A stretch of 64,000 bases of DNA from Nitrosopumilaceae archaeon (GCA_965214835.1 CBDCCK010000002.1:1408001-1472000); one strand, 5' to 3'; positions 31,087 to 42,833 are shown, counted from the first letter of the stretch. Made by a program: numbers and translations. The notes: generated by a model not told the origin, from the sequence alone.

Positions 31087-31509
31087 TCAACTGCTGTGGC
31101 TTTTAGGGTTATCTACAGCATCTGCAATCATGCCCAGAATGAGACCTGTGATTCCTCCAACAAGTGCGCCATTTTTCCTGTTCCGTTTCATTGCCACGGC
31201 ACCGATCGCGGCACCCACAGGAGCTGCCATTACGGCATATGGAACGCCCACATCATCTTTGAGATGCCCGATCGGGTCGTTGTGTGGGTCTACCCTGTCC
31301 ACATGCGCCGTTCTGTCACTTTTGACATGAACATTGTTAGGACACCTTGTACCAAAGAACTCTTGGCATTCACTTGTGTCTATGCAATCAGGCAGAACGA
31401 CGTCTTGTCCGTAATCGACACCAGTGCTGTCTATGAACCTTCGTGCATCACGTGGAGTAATCATAATGCTCATACCTCGCTGAATTATATAAAGTTCTGC
31501 GGTTGCCAC
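31087..31509 (-). CDS. hypothetical protein with C-terminal glycine-zipper-like TMs
   Basis: VGAAIGA...GALVGGITGLILG. Confidence 0.6.
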   Translation of the reverse strand: MATAELYIIQRGMSIMITPRDARRFIDSTGVDYGQDVVLPDCIDTSECQEFFGTRCPNNVHVKSDRTAHVDRVDPHNDPIGHLKDDVGVPYAVMAAPVGAAIGAVAMKRNRKNGALVGGITGLILGMIADAVDNPKSHSS

Positions 31510-31513
31510 GATC

Positions 31514-31604
31514 GTAAGAGTTTATCCCTCAGGCGACACTGCTGGTCGGAGCCTTTATGATCACGTCTGCCACGCCGTATCTCGGGGAAGGGGGGCACTC
31601 TTAC
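31514..31604. mobile_element. possible IS66-type MITE
   Basis: GTAAGAGT...ACTCTTAC inverted ends; no TSD. Confidence 0.4.
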
Positions 31605-31720
31605 CTCACAACGCAGTTGCGCGTAGAATCCTTAAACATGACACATGGATAACAGCTCGAGAGGCATTGTCCAATTTTGGTACTAAACCTATAAATATAT
31701 TCATCACAATAATTGGACAA

Positions 31721-32503
31721 ATGTTATATACTAAAATCAGACACGCAGAAAAAATTCGAAAATTGTACAGGTTACAAAGTACAATGGCGTCCAGGCAACA
31801 CAAGGAAACAGGTTCCAGACTCGGTTTTAAGAAATACAGCAGGTACTATTACGAATTAATAAAAAAACTGCATGAAGAAAAGGTGTTAGATGAAAGAGGC
31901 GTTTTCATCGATAATACAATCAATCTGTGGCTAGCAGAATTGTCTATGGTTTTATCAAAAAGGGAAACAGAAGTTCTAGGCAGCAGGATACCATTTTTGA
32001 TATATCTGAATTTATTCCTAAACCTAACTAAAAAAAACCCAAGGGACATACATGATGAACTGAAACTGCCACGTAGCTCAACATATTATGCAATTGAGAG
32101 GCTAGAGTCTCAAAATTTGGTTGAAAGAGCAAATTCCAAAGTCATAATATCAAAAAAACATGGGTTTTTTAGCTGGCTTACAAAATATGTTGAATTATGC
32201 CTGTCACATGCAGACGTTACAAAGGAAGTTTTTATCCTATTTGATGTGGTACCAGCATATGTAGATGGCCCTCAGGCATTTTACACAGTAAATTATGAAC
32301 CGGGAAGGCCTATGGGGGCCTCAGACATGATAATTAGAACCAATGAGCCATTCATAAGATTTTGGAGATATGTCATAGATAATGTAAGGTATTTTTTTGA
32401 TTATCCTAAACGAATCAAAGTATTGCCAATTGAAACAAAAAACGAAATTGTATGGATAGGCAAAACGCCATACAATAAAAATGCAATAGAGGTATCTGGA
32501 TGA
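31721..32503 (+). CDS. HTH protein, putative AbiEi-like partner
   Basis: PRDIHDELKLPRSSTYYAIERLE winged HTH; ATGA overlap with the nucleotidyltransferase. Confidence 0.6.
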   Translation: MLYTKIRHAEKIRKLYRLQSTMASRQHKETGSRLGFKKYSRYYYELIKKLHEEKVLDERGVFIDNTINLWLAELSMVLSKRETEVLGSRIPFLIYLNLFLNLTKKNPRDIHDELKLPRSSTYYAIERLESQNLVERANSKVIISKKHGFFSWLTKYVELCLSHADVTKEVFILFDVVPAYVDGPQAFYTVNYEPGRPMGASDMIIRTNEPFIRFWRYVIDNVRYFFDYPKRIKVLPIETKNEIVWIGKTPYNKNAIEVSG

Positions 32504-33360
32504 CAATATTTTATGTTTTCAATGATAAGGAAATAGATCTCAGTAAGCCACAAAAACATGTCAAGGATGAGTTTGTTGATAGTTTTGACAGGCCGGAATT
32601 AAGTGCATTTTTGAGATCTGAGTTATGTACATTAGATGTGCTTTTAGCCGTTACACAAATGAATGACGGTTATTACAAGAAAAGATTGGTGTTAAAGGGG
32701 GGACATTCGGTCAGGAATTTAGTACCTTTAAAAGATCACAGATTTTCATTTGATGCGGATTTTAACACAAACTCAGTGAAGGGGATCACCTATGGAGATG
32801 TTTCAAATATAAAACAAGATCTCTATAGGTTTGGACAGAGTAGAGGATGCACTATCAGGACAAAGATAACACAAGACAGTGTAATGCTGTATTTTTTAGA
32901 GGTAGGATATCACAAATTTCTAAACAGGGGGTTGAACATAGTTGAACGACCAAAAATCGAAGTTTGCAAACAATGCAGAACGCACGAAAGACCAATCCTA
33001 AGCCGAATGAATACCATGATTGATCTGGAATTATTAGGAATGGAACCGCCTGAACTGCTCCATCTTGATTTAGAGGAGCAACTAGCTAACAAACTTTTTG
33101 TGATTGGCTCAAGGGGCAGGCAGAGAAACCACTTTGATGCATATGATATATACAGAATATGTAAAAATAACAAAATTGATTGGAATAAGGAAAAAAGAAT
33201 TTTTTCAAATATCATAAAAAGAACTGGCAAGTCACTGTCAGAATATTCATCAGAGTGCATATCGCAATTGGATGCAATAAAAAGAAACGACGGTAAAAGG
33301 ACAAGCTTTCAAAACATCGTATTTGACAACAACTCGTTTGAATTTGATAAACTATACTGA
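32500..33360 (+). CDS. AbiEii/AbiGii-family nucleotidyltransferase, C-terminus clipped by IS630
   Basis: LVLKGG...RFSFDADF, EEQLANKL, HFDAYDIY; native tail VDDVKLLYQFKGW* at 34451-34492. Confidence 0.85.
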   Translation: MTIFYVFNDKEIDLSKPQKHVKDEFVDSFDRPELSAFLRSELCTLDVLLAVTQMNDGYYKKRLVLKGGHSVRNLVPLKDHRFSFDADFNTNSVKGITYGDVSNIKQDLYRFGQSRGCTIRTKITQDSVMLYFLEVGYHKFLNRGLNIVERPKIEVCKQCRTHERPILSRMNTMIDLELLGMEPPELLHLDLEEQLANKLFVIGSRGRQRNHFDAYDIYRICKNNKIDWNKEKRIFSNIIKRTGKSLSEYSSECISQLDAIKRNDGKRTSFQNIVFDNNSFEFDKLY

Positions 33361-34448
33361 TGGTCATTGAAAATTTCGCCTGATCACACATCTTGTAAAG
33401 GTTTATAGCTCCCCACCATGTCACTCCCGGCATGAACAAGACGAAAATCCTCACGGATGCCATGCATGTCGAAAAGGATCTCAAGACTCACACCAGAATC
33501 ATGGCGGTGCGCTCCGTACTGCTTGGCAACACCACCGCACATACTGCGGAGATTGCCGACGTGACACAGCGCACCGTACAGATGTGGGTTGAAAGGTTCG
33601 AGCTTGACGGCATCGAGGGCCTCCGTGACTCCCCCAACAGGGGCAAAAAACCAAAGGTTCCGGTCGGCAGGATAAAAAAGATCGCCACGAGGCTGCGCAG
33701 GATGGAAAAGCTCACCCCGAAGAAGCTGTGCAACTGGGTGCGCCACAGGCTGCATGTCACATACAGCGTGGGAAGCATCAGGAGGATCCTGCGCGCGATG
33801 GGGTTTTCGCTAAAGACATCAACTACCAAGCTGGCAGATGCTGCCGACGCAAAAGCTGTAAGACGGTGGCAAAGAGAGGCAAAAACTGCGATAAAGCTTG
33901 CAAAAAGGCGCGGATTTAGGATAACCGTACAGGACGAATCGATATTCGTCAGTACGGGAAGGGACGGCAAAAAGTTCTGGTCGCCCGTGGGGGACAGGAT
34001 CGAGGTGGAACGATCCGGCAGAAGGGAGCGCGTCGTGGTATACGGGACGATTGCAGACGACGGAACCAGGCTGATGCGCACGTACGACAGGTTCAACAGC
34101 GCAAACTTTGTGCATTATCTTAAACAGGCGCACAAAAAGTGGGGAAAGGTCCTGATGGTGATGGACAACGCAGCACAGCACAAGACCAAAAAGGTCCGCA
34201 GATACCTAAAGAAAAATCCCGACGTTGTCTTGCTGTACCTGCCGGTAGCTAGGCCGGAGCTGAGCGCCATAGAGGCAGTCTGGAAGGATGCCAAGTACAG
34301 GCTGGTCACGTCTGCCTTTTACGACACGGTGGATCACCTCAAAAAGGCCGTCTCGGAATACTTTAGGACGTGTTCCATCAGGGTTGACATCTACAAGTAT
34401 CTTGAGCGCAGCTTGTAAGGGAGGCGAAATTTTCAATGGTCATCAGTA
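33355..34448 (+). mobile_element. IS630-family IS (1094 bp)
   Basis: TIR TACTGATG..CATTGAAAATTTCGCCT; TA duplication. Confidence 0.93.
33432..34418 (+). CDS. IS630 transposase
   Basis: QDES, MDNAAQH, LPVARPELSAIEAVW. Confidence 0.93.
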   Translation: MNKTKILTDAMHVEKDLKTHTRIMAVRSVLLGNTTAHTAEIADVTQRTVQMWVERFELDGIEGLRDSPNRGKKPKVPVGRIKKIATRLRRMEKLTPKKLCNWVRHRLHVTYSVGSIRRILRAMGFSLKTSTTKLADAADAKAVRRWQREAKTAIKLAKRRGFRITVQDESIFVSTGRDGKKFWSPVGDRIEVERSGRRERVVVYGTIADDGTRLMRTYDRFNSANFVHYLKQAHKKWGKVLMVMDNAAQHKTKKVRRYLKKNPDVVLLYLPVARPELSAIEAVWKDAKYRLVTSAFYDTVDHLKKAVSEYFRTCSIRVDIYKYLERSL

Positions 34449-34554
34449 TAGTTGACGATGTGAAATTACTGTACCAGTTTAAAGGCTGGTAGCTTGCTCG
34501 TATTATTATAAATTTGCAAATAACGGTTCTGTGTAATCTTGGACACCTGAGATA

Positions 34555-34738
34555 GGGGTTGTCGCCTAATTCACTTCAGGCCGCCTCCGCCGGGTGTTTG
34601 CCTTTCTGAGCCGGCACGTCAGCCTGTGGCCTTCTGCCTCCTCTGCACCGAAGATGCCCTCGATCAGCGAGCGCATCTTGTAGGCCTTGCCGTCAAACAT
34701 CTCGGCCGCCTCTTTCCTGAGAGTTGATTCGAAATTAG
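34555..34738 (-). pseudogene. IS4/IS5-type transposase remnant with family C TIR
   Basis: YKMRSLIEGIFG (Y-x2-R-x3-E) ending at GGGGTTGTCGCCTAATT. Confidence 0.6.
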
Positions 34739-34903
34739 TAAACGTGGATCATGTAACAGATCATGATTCTGAAGATCAGCCGTGGTTTTGATTCTGAAAT
34801 ACAGGATGTCTTGGATGTAAATCATGCCTAGAATTACAAATCACCTTACAAACACGATCTGTTACGAAAGATCGGATATGCGGCTGACTGTACCTGAACC
34901 GTT

Positions 34904-36485
34904 TCAAACGATTCTCAGCTTGAAGACAATCACGCGCCTGTTTTGCCCCTTGGAGTTTGGCCGCATCTCCGTGTGATGAGATACATATTCCAGTCTGTGC
35001 CGGTAAACGAGCCGGTTGGGCCACGGCTTTTCGAAATACAACAACTTAAACCCATTAGATTTTGCATATCTGATGCTCTTGTTGTTTCTTTTCATTTCTT
35101 GGTTATACTCTCCCTCTCCCTCATAATCCACAAACCCATTCTTTTCATCTACGCGATCATCGTATCCTCCCATCTTAGCTGAAAAGTAGGATTTAATCAA
35201 GATGACAACCTTGTTCTCATTGGACGGGCGTATTCCGCCGGAGTTTCTGACATTGAATCTCTTGTACAGCTGTTTTTCCGTAAATTCCTCACCGATGCGT
35301 GGAATGATGGAATTTCTGGTATTGTCTGGTGCGCCGCTTGATGGCTGCTTGGACTGGATGTTGACTCTGTCGTCTTTAGGTACAACGACACCTTGATTCC
35401 TCATCTTCTGTGTAGGTATAGCTTTACCGGGTTTATCCAAAACACCGTATTGCTCTAGCAGATCCTCCACTGGCATGTTGATTATGGCATCGGCTGGATC
35501 CTCTCCCTCATCGTCTGCCTCACCGTAGTCCAAATCAGCATCTCCCTCATCGTCTGCCTCACCGTAGTCCAACTCTTCCTCTTCCTCTTCCTCTTCCTCT
35601 TCCTCTTCCTCTTCCTCTTCCTCTTCCTCTTCCTCTTCCTCTTCCTCTTCCTCTTCCTCTTCCTCTTCCTCTTCCTCTTCCTCTTCCTCTTCCTCTTCCT
35701 CTTCCTCTTCCTCTTCCTCTTCCTCTTCCTCACCTCGGAAAATTCTCTGCAGATATTTTTGCTCCTCTAAGTCCAACTCGGCCTCTTCCTCACCGTAGTC
35801 CAACTCGGCATCCGTGGCGGCTTTATCATGAGGGTCATGATCATTATCGTTACCGATTACGCCGTTAGCTGAGATGATGTATTCCATTAATCCGTCTCTG
35901 TCCACCAGTTTTATTCCTGTGCTTTGTGCCTGGTTATGCGCGGCAGACGTGAACCATGAGTTTGTTATTACCCATCCCTCGTCTGCACGGTAATGCGCCA
36001 TGCTGGCATAAACTTCCTGTACTGCCTTGTTTCCTATATTACTTGAGTGTCTTTTTGTCTGCACTGCTATCCTTTTGCCGTCTTTTTCCATAACAAGATC
36101 AGCCCCGTAATCCCCTGTCGCAGACGTAATACTTACATTGTAACCTAACACATTAAACACGATCTGTAATAGCTCTTCAAATTCTGAACCCGTCATAGAA
36201 TCCATGTATTTTGCGCCAAACCGTACCAGTGCATCATCTCTCTTCTTCCTCTCCCTTCTTTCCCTCCTCTCCTGTCTACGCCGAATTGAAATCTCACGCT
36301 GTTCCTTCATCCGCTTCTTGGCACTATCGTAGATATACAGCCCTGCCAGAAACATGAGAAAGGAGAACAGCCAGATCCAGAAACCCGTCAAAAACCCTTG
36401 GTTGCTGGCAACATACACGGATAATATCCAGACTAGTACGGATGCGACTATCATCGTCTCTCCCACGTTCTTTTCGGTGTTGTCT

Positions 36486-36493
<8 letters not shown>
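34904..36493 (-). CDS. membrane-anchored Mrr-like endonuclease with poly-Glu linker and SRA-like C-terminal domain
   Basis: 2 TMs; MTGSEFEE, GDYGADL, AVQTKR, VITNSWFT; C-terminal SGGIRP..YDD..YEGEG..QEMKRNN. Confidence 0.85.
35573..35730. repeat. (CTCTTC)n microsatellite, about 26 units, encoding about 52 Glu
   Basis: Perfect hexamer run; adjacent 33-bp duplication encoding LDYGEADDEG. Confidence 0.95.
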
Positions 36494-37088
<595 letters not shown>

Positions 37089-37156
37089 ACAAGATGCCTT
37101 ATTTTTTCCGCCATTATATTCTTGCCCTTCATCTTAGTTTGTTGCAACAAACTACT

Positions 37157-37303
37157 TCATCTTACCCTTTTTTTATTCCAGTATGGGGAATTACATCCCC
37201 TACAGTTTCCGGGCAACTTATTCTGGGTGGTCCACGTGTGATTGCATCTTTCGCAGGTATGTTTCCACATTGTTACTGTAACTGGTTTGTTCACAGAGTG
37301 CAT
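37157..37303 (-). CDS. 48-aa zinc-ribbon protein (not in ORF track)
   Basis: CERCNHTW...PGNCRGCNSPYWNKKR; TATATAA upstream. Confidence 0.7.
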   Translation of the reverse strand: MHSVNKPVTVTMWKHTCERCNHTWTTQNKLPGNCRGCNSPYWNKKRVR

Positions 37304-37375
37304 GCTAAACAATCCAGTTATATAGTTTGTCCTATATAGTGATAACTATATATGAAATGGACACTATAGTATAGC

Positions 37376-38478
37376 ATGAACGCAAGAATGCAAAGAGCAA
37401 GGCAGATCATGGAAACTCCCGGCCACGCTACTCAGATTATCGGCACCAATAACTTCAGGGTCAGATCGCAGTCCGATCCATCCAAGTTCTACACCGTATC
37501 CCGGACCGGCAACGGACTGGTCTGCGAGTGTCCGGACCACCGGAACAGAAGAGCAGACTGCAAACACATCAAAGTAGTACTGGATCTTGCCAGAAAGAAC
37601 GTTTTTGGCCACAATGGATTCAGGATAATGCAAAGGTCAAAGCTCAGATTGTGCAAGTTCTGTGATTCGGGCAACATCATCAAGAAGGGATTCAAGAAGA
37701 ACAAGTCTGGTAGTTTACAGAGATTCAGGTGCAAGGGCTGTAAAAGGGAGTTCACTACAAACTTTGGATTTGAGAAGAAACAATATGACGAGAACGTCAT
37801 AACCGGAGCATTGCAGATGTACTATACGGGAATGTCGGTACGGGATATCGCAGACCATTATGAGATGATGGGAACCGACGTGTCCTTCAAGACCATATAC
37901 AACTGGGTTGACGAATATTCCAAGCTTGCGGCCAGATACCTCAACGGTATAGTTCCGTGAGTCGGCAGCTGGTTCCGTGCCAACGAGGTGTGGGTAAAGA
38001 TATCCGGAAAACAGTGCTATCTGTTCGCCTCGATGGACGATGATACCCGCTACTGGCTGGCCTCCGACCTGGCAGATAACAAATTCCAGCACAATGCGGA
38101 CAGCCTGTTACAGCTGACAAAATCACAGGCGGAAAATCCCCAAGGAACTTCATCACGGACGGCCTGCCAGCCCATGCCAAGTCCTCAAGGAGAATATTCG
38201 GAAAGAGTACAAACCACGTGAAGCACATCCATCTGGCAGGAAAAAGAGACCGGGACAATAACAACAAGATGGAGAGACTCAATGGTGAGATCAGAGACCG
38301 TGAGAAGGTGTTCCGTGGCCTCAAAAAGACGGACACCGCCATACTTGACGGCATGAGGGTCTACTATAATTATACAAAAAAGCACGGTGCACTGGACGGC
38401 CAGACCCCGGCAGAATCGGCCCTGATAAGCATGGACGGTACAAACAAGTGGAAGACGATAATCCAGAACGCGGCCTGA
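37376..38478 (+). pseudogene. IS6-like DDE transposase with SWIM and Zn-ribbon domains
   Basis: CECPDH..CKHI, CKFC/CKGC, FASMDDDTRYWLA, NNNKMERLNG; TGA at 37958 and a frameshift near 38130. Confidence 0.85.
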
Positions 38479-38684
38479 GCAAGGACTCTGTCTAGGCACA
38501 AACCTTCAATCCGGAGAGGATCCACATCTTAGGTGTCCAAGATTACACAGAACCGCAAAAACCCGTAGACGGAAATGTAACCTCCCGGAAGCCATCCTGA
38601 TCCTACGGCGGGCCGGCAAACCCGTATTCTGCAAGGTTTCTGGCCGCCATGATAAGCGTGCCTGCGACCAGCAGCAGCGTAAAA

Positions 38685-38777
38685 GTACGAGGTCACCTAC
38701 CATCATCAGTTAGGCATGAATTAGCATGAATGATTGTGATCCTCGTGCCTAGCTAGCAAGGGGACGTGACCACATAC
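38685..38777. mobile_element. MITE family A
   Basis: GTACGAGGTCAC...GTGACCACATAC; perfect 8-bp TSD GCGTAAAA. Confidence 0.9.
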
Positions 38778-39036
38778 GCGTAAAATCCCTTTTCTTGCAC
38801 AAGTCAACGTGCCTCTTTGTGCACCTGAAGAACCAGCCTCCTCTCCACGGCCGTGATCTTGTACTGCCTTCGTTCGGGACGTTTGGTCGCGCGTATCGTA
38901 CCGGTCTTGCGTAACTCTGCATAAGGCTGCTGGATGCGCCGTTTGGTCACGCCAAGCTCTTCGGCCACTGCCACAGCCGATCTTCCCAGGACAGGCGGAC
39001 ATAATTTTCATATAATGCAGGACTGCATCCATTATA

Positions 39037-40533
39037 GTGACATCGCTTACGTTTTACGGGGGAGTCGACGAGATCGGCGGCAACAAGATACTCGTCGAGG
39101 ACAAGGGGACCCGGGTGTTCCTCGACTTTGGGATGCAGATGGGCAAGGTGAACAAGTACTTTGCAGAGTTTGCCAACCCCAGAAAGCTTGCAGGCATGGG
39201 GGACATGTTCGAGTTCAACCTGCTGCCTGACATCAAGGGAATATACCGCAGGGACTATTCCAGGCACATGGGATACGGGGATCACGACCAGGAGACGTCG
39301 ATAGACGGGGTTCTGCTGTCCCATGCCCACGTTGACCACTGCGCCTACATACACTACCTGAGGCCGGAGATCCCCGTGTACTGCTCGGACGCAAGCAAGC
39401 TGATAATGCAGTGCTTCCAGGACACGGGTGGGGGCGAGGAGTACATCACGTACAAGGAGGACTTCAGGACGTACAAGAACAGCAGGGGAGGGATAAGCAG
39501 GGCAAATAAGAGCCCCAACAGGGAAGAGGTTGCGAGGAAGATCAAGATCATCAACCCCTCAAAGCCGCTTAAACTGGACTCGATCTCCGTAGAATCCGTC
39601 CCCATAGATCACTCGCTGCCGGGCGTCTACGGGTTCCTAATCCACACGTCCGAAGGCAGTATAGGATACACGGCAGACATCAGATTCCACGGGAGGCGGC
39701 GCCGATACAGCCAGAAATTCGTGGACAAGTGTGGTGCCGAGGGTTTGGACTATCTGTTGTGTGAAGGCACTAGGATAGACAAGAGTGACAGCAACACCGA
39801 GCTTGACGTAGAGAAGAGCGTGACCGACGTGATCAATGGAACGGAGAACCTAGTAGTATGCACTTACCCTACTAGGGATCTTGATAGGCTCCTATCGTTT
39901 TACATCTCGGCCAAGGCCACGGGGCGCGACCTGGTAATCGACACCAAGCAGGCCTACCTGTTAAAGCTGTTCCAGACCTCAGACGAGTGGAAAAGCGAGT
40001 ACCCTGCACCTACGGATCCCAACATCAGGGTGTTCATGTCCAGAAAATCGTGGGGACTGCTGGACAAGGACAGGAATGTCTGGCCGGAGAGCCAGGTCCA
40101 GAAAGACTACAAGGGGTGGGAGCGCGAATTCCTGGACTATCCAAACTATGTGGATTACAGGGACGTCAGAAAGGATCAGAGGAGGTTCATCTTCTACTGC
40201 TCGGACTTTCAGCTGCAGAATTTGATCGACGTGAGGCCGGAGGAGGGATCTAGCTATGTCCGATCGTCCACGGAGCCGTTCAACGACGAGATGGAGATTG
40301 ACCAAGAGCGCGTCAAACAATGGCTGGTTCACTTTGGACTGCTCTCTGAGGACAAAAAGTGGACGACCGCCCACGTCTCGGGACACGGCACGCGTGACCA
40401 GATCAAGGACGTCATCGACGGCTCCTCGCCGGATAAGCTGATCCCGATTCATACGGAGAAAGCCGATGAGTTTAACAAACTGCACGGCAATATCGAACCG
40501 GTCAGTCTCAATAAGAGGCTCGAGATCGACTGA
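39037..40533 (+). CDS. MBL-fold / beta-CASP hydrolase (RNase J-like)
   Basis: GGVDEIGGN, DFG, SHAHVDH, DHS, HVSGH, IPIHTE. Confidence 0.88.
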   Translation: MTSLTFYGGVDEIGGNKILVEDKGTRVFLDFGMQMGKVNKYFAEFANPRKLAGMGDMFEFNLLPDIKGIYRRDYSRHMGYGDHDQETSIDGVLLSHAHVDHCAYIHYLRPEIPVYCSDASKLIMQCFQDTGGGEEYITYKEDFRTYKNSRGGISRANKSPNREEVARKIKIINPSKPLKLDSISVESVPIDHSLPGVYGFLIHTSEGSIGYTADIRFHGRRRRYSQKFVDKCGAEGLDYLLCEGTRIDKSDSNTELDVEKSVTDVINGTENLVVCTYPTRDLDRLLSFYISAKATGRDLVIDTKQAYLLKLFQTSDEWKSEYPAPTDPNIRVFMSRKSWGLLDKDRNVWPESQVQKDYKGWEREFLDYPNYVDYRDVRKDQRRFIFYCSDFQLQNLIDVRPEEGSSYVRSSTEPFNDEMEIDQERVKQWLVHFGLLSEDKKWTTAHVSGHGTRDQIKDVIDGSSPDKLIPIHTEKADEFNKLHGNIEPVSLNKRLEID

Positions 40534-40697
40534 GCAGGATCCGGCCGGTGCGACTTGCGCCCCAGAGGCGGCAATACGTGCAGTGCATCATGCCTTTTGA
40601 TGATCAAAGACATTCAACCGCCACCAGTCTTGTATTGCAAAGAAGACTGCCTGACCATTACTCCGGATAAAACCAAGTCGTCTCCTGAAATTTACAG

Positions 40698-41096
40698 CTA
40701 GTGTAAAACCTGAATAAAGTCTATTCCTTCGTTTTTATCGGGTCTTTCAAGCTGCGTTTTATACTTGTCTAGAACATAGTGTCGCAAGACACCGTCCCTC
40801 ATCGCGTTTTGCCTGTGGGCCTTTTGAATGTCAACATCCAAGAACACAACGTTTACCTTTGCCCCGTATCTTTTTGCCACGGAGATGTGTCTTTGGCGTA
40901 TTTCTGCAGTCAGGTTCGTGTCATCTATCACTATGTTGTTTCCCCTCCTAAGCTCGTCTTCAATCATCCGGTCTTCTATCTTTCTATTGGAATTCTTTAT
41001 CTCATCAAGGGAGATTCGAACGTGTCTGGGTAGCGCCATCTTGCACCAGGTGGTTTTTCCGCTTGCCGGAATCCCCACCATCATCACCATCTCCAT
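40698..41096 (-). CDS. AAA_33 P-loop kinase (PNK-like)
   Basis: GIPASGKTT, VIDDTN...R. Confidence 0.8.
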   Translation of the reverse strand: MEMVMMVGIPASGKTTWCKMALPRHVRISLDEIKNSNRKIEDRMIEDELRRGNNIVIDDTNLTAEIRQRHISVAKRYGAKVNVVFLDVDIQKAHRQNAMRDGVLRHYVLDKYKTQLERPDKNEGIDFIQVLH

Positions 41097-41417
41097 CAGG
41101 GTAGGTCGCACCAGGTGATAGAAAATGTTTGCCAAGCAGAGTGGCGGCCGCCTCAGATCATCCACGGTTCCACAAGATCTTCTGCCACCAGCTTTGCATG
41201 CTCTCATTTCGTTCTTTTTAGCTTATCAATTATCCCCGAACGACGAATCCCCCCTTCTGGATAAGAGGCGGTTCGCTGGAGGACATTGGGGGCCTGCCGC
41301 CTCCGGCGGAGACATCCAAGGCAGTCAAGAGACAGCTGTTCCTGCACTTGTCCCCGCAGACGATCTGACTGCAAATCCTGCAAAAAACCCGGGATCCTTT
41401 TTCTGAAAAAGACAAGT

Positions 41418-42833
41418 CAGTAGTTCCTCGATGTACTTTTGCAGGCACGATAATTACGCAATTTGCCGAGATTTTTTGACCATCATACTATAGATCAGGC
41501 GGTGTGCCAACCATCATCATGTCAGTAACACAAAACGACGTGTTTGCACACCAGTTTGACATAACATCGAGACAGTTTAAAACATTGCGACGGCGGTTTC
41601 CCAAGCTCGGGCTGGCCGTCTCAAAGAGTCGCAACGCAGTGTATGACCACATCGACGCACTGCGCGTTCTATATTTCATGTCTGAGAGGAGGATGTTTGC
41701 AGAATCTGCCGTGACGCACCTTCGCAGGCGGGCCTCAAAATGCAGCAGGCAGCAGCATGACGACGGGGCTGCCTCCAAGGGCGGCGCGTATAGTTGCCGT
41801 ACGCCTAGTCCGGACTGGATCCTAAAGGCGATCCGGGGCGTCAGCCTGGATGATGCGCAAAAGTGGTGCAGCTCCATGCTGCAGCATACGGTAAGGTGCG
41901 CCCGCAGGTCAGGCATGCTGCACAACACGGACGTCGTGGCAGTGGACGTTACCGACGTGGAATACTATGGCAAGGGCCTGGAGGATATCACCAGAAAGTC
42001 AAAGCCCAAGAACGGCACGTCGACGTTTCTCTCGCACATTACCATGCACGGAATAGGATCAGATGACGGGTCTGACCTCGTGCTTTCCTCGCTACAGCTT
42101 CCAAAAGAGGCAAAACTGGCTGATTTCGTGCCTAAAATGATCCGCAAGGCGTCCAGATCAGGGATGAGGATCAAGACGTTCCTGTATGACCGCGGGTTCT
42201 TTAACGTGGACTGCATGAGGGCTGCAGAAACAAGCACGGGCAGCTACATCATGCCTGCCGTCAAGAACAGGAGGATAGTGGCGGCAATAGAGGAGCATGA
42301 CCGCGGAGAACGCGGTGCGGTATCAAAATATACAATGACCAACAAGGACGGCAAGAGCGCCACATTCAGGCTAGTCATTGTGGAAAAGGACGAGGTAGAA
42401 AAGGACGGCACGGCAGCAGCAAAGAAGGACAAGGTAGAGGAGACCATAGCCGACAGGTATCTGGTCTTTGCCACCAACATGTCTGCTAAAAGTGCAGAGG
42501 CAGTCATTGAGCAGATACCGGAGGAGTACCGCAGTCGGTGGGGAATCGAGACCGGGTTCAGGGTGATCAAGGGGATAATGGGCAAGACGTGCAGCAATTC
42601 CCCGGTCGTCAGGCTGCTGCTGTTCTATATGTCTGTCATACTGTACAACCTGTGGAGGACTGCCGTGTTCATAGACGTGGAATCCAAGTGGGACGGATTT
42701 GCAGGAGGGAAGGGGTTTACCATGATGCTGTTTGTCGCGTGCATTGTCGATGCGGCCGACTCGTTTGTAAACGATCGCGGAAAGTAGCGGAGGTGCCGTG
42801 TCGGGTCTGCAAAAGTACATCTAGGAAGTACTG
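41418..42833 (+). mobile_element. ISH3-family IS, copy 2 (1416 bp)
   Basis: Same TIRs as copy 1; TSD AAGT. Confidence 0.95.
41504..42787 (+). CDS. ISH3 DDE transposase
   Basis: Nearly identical to 6889-8172. Confidence 0.93.
   Translation: MPTIIMSVTQNDVFAHQFDITSRQFKTLRRRFPKLGLAVSKSRNAVYDHIDALRVLYFMSERRMFAESAVTHLRRRASKCSRQQHDDGAASKGGAYSCRTPSPDWILKAIRGVSLDDAQKWCSSMLQHTVRCARRSGMLHNTDVVAVDVTDVEYYGKGLEDITRKSKPKNGTSTFLSHITMHGIGSDDGSDLVLSSLQLPKEAKLADFVPKMIRKASRSGMRIKTFLYDRGFFNVDCMRAAETSTGSYIMPAVKNRRIVAAIEEHDRGERGAVSKYTMTNKDGKSATFRLVIVEKDEVEKDGTAAAKKDKVEETIADRYLVFATNMSAKSAEAVIEQIPEEYRSRWGIETGFRVIKGIMGKTCSNSPVVRLLLFYMSVILYNLWRTAVFIDVESKWDGFAGGKGFTMMLFVACIVDAADSFVNDRGK

Noticed and set aside
35482-35733. 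Poly-(RK) ORF
   Set aside because: Alternative frame of the poly-Glu microsatellite inside the Mrr gene.
37958-37960. Selenocysteine TGA in the IS6-like transposase
   Set aside because: Probably a CGA-to-TGA mutation; the catalytic D is also changed (ANE) and a frameshift follows.
41230-41448. 72-aa Cys-containing ORF
   Set aside because: Its start comes from the ISH3 end and no family is recognisable.
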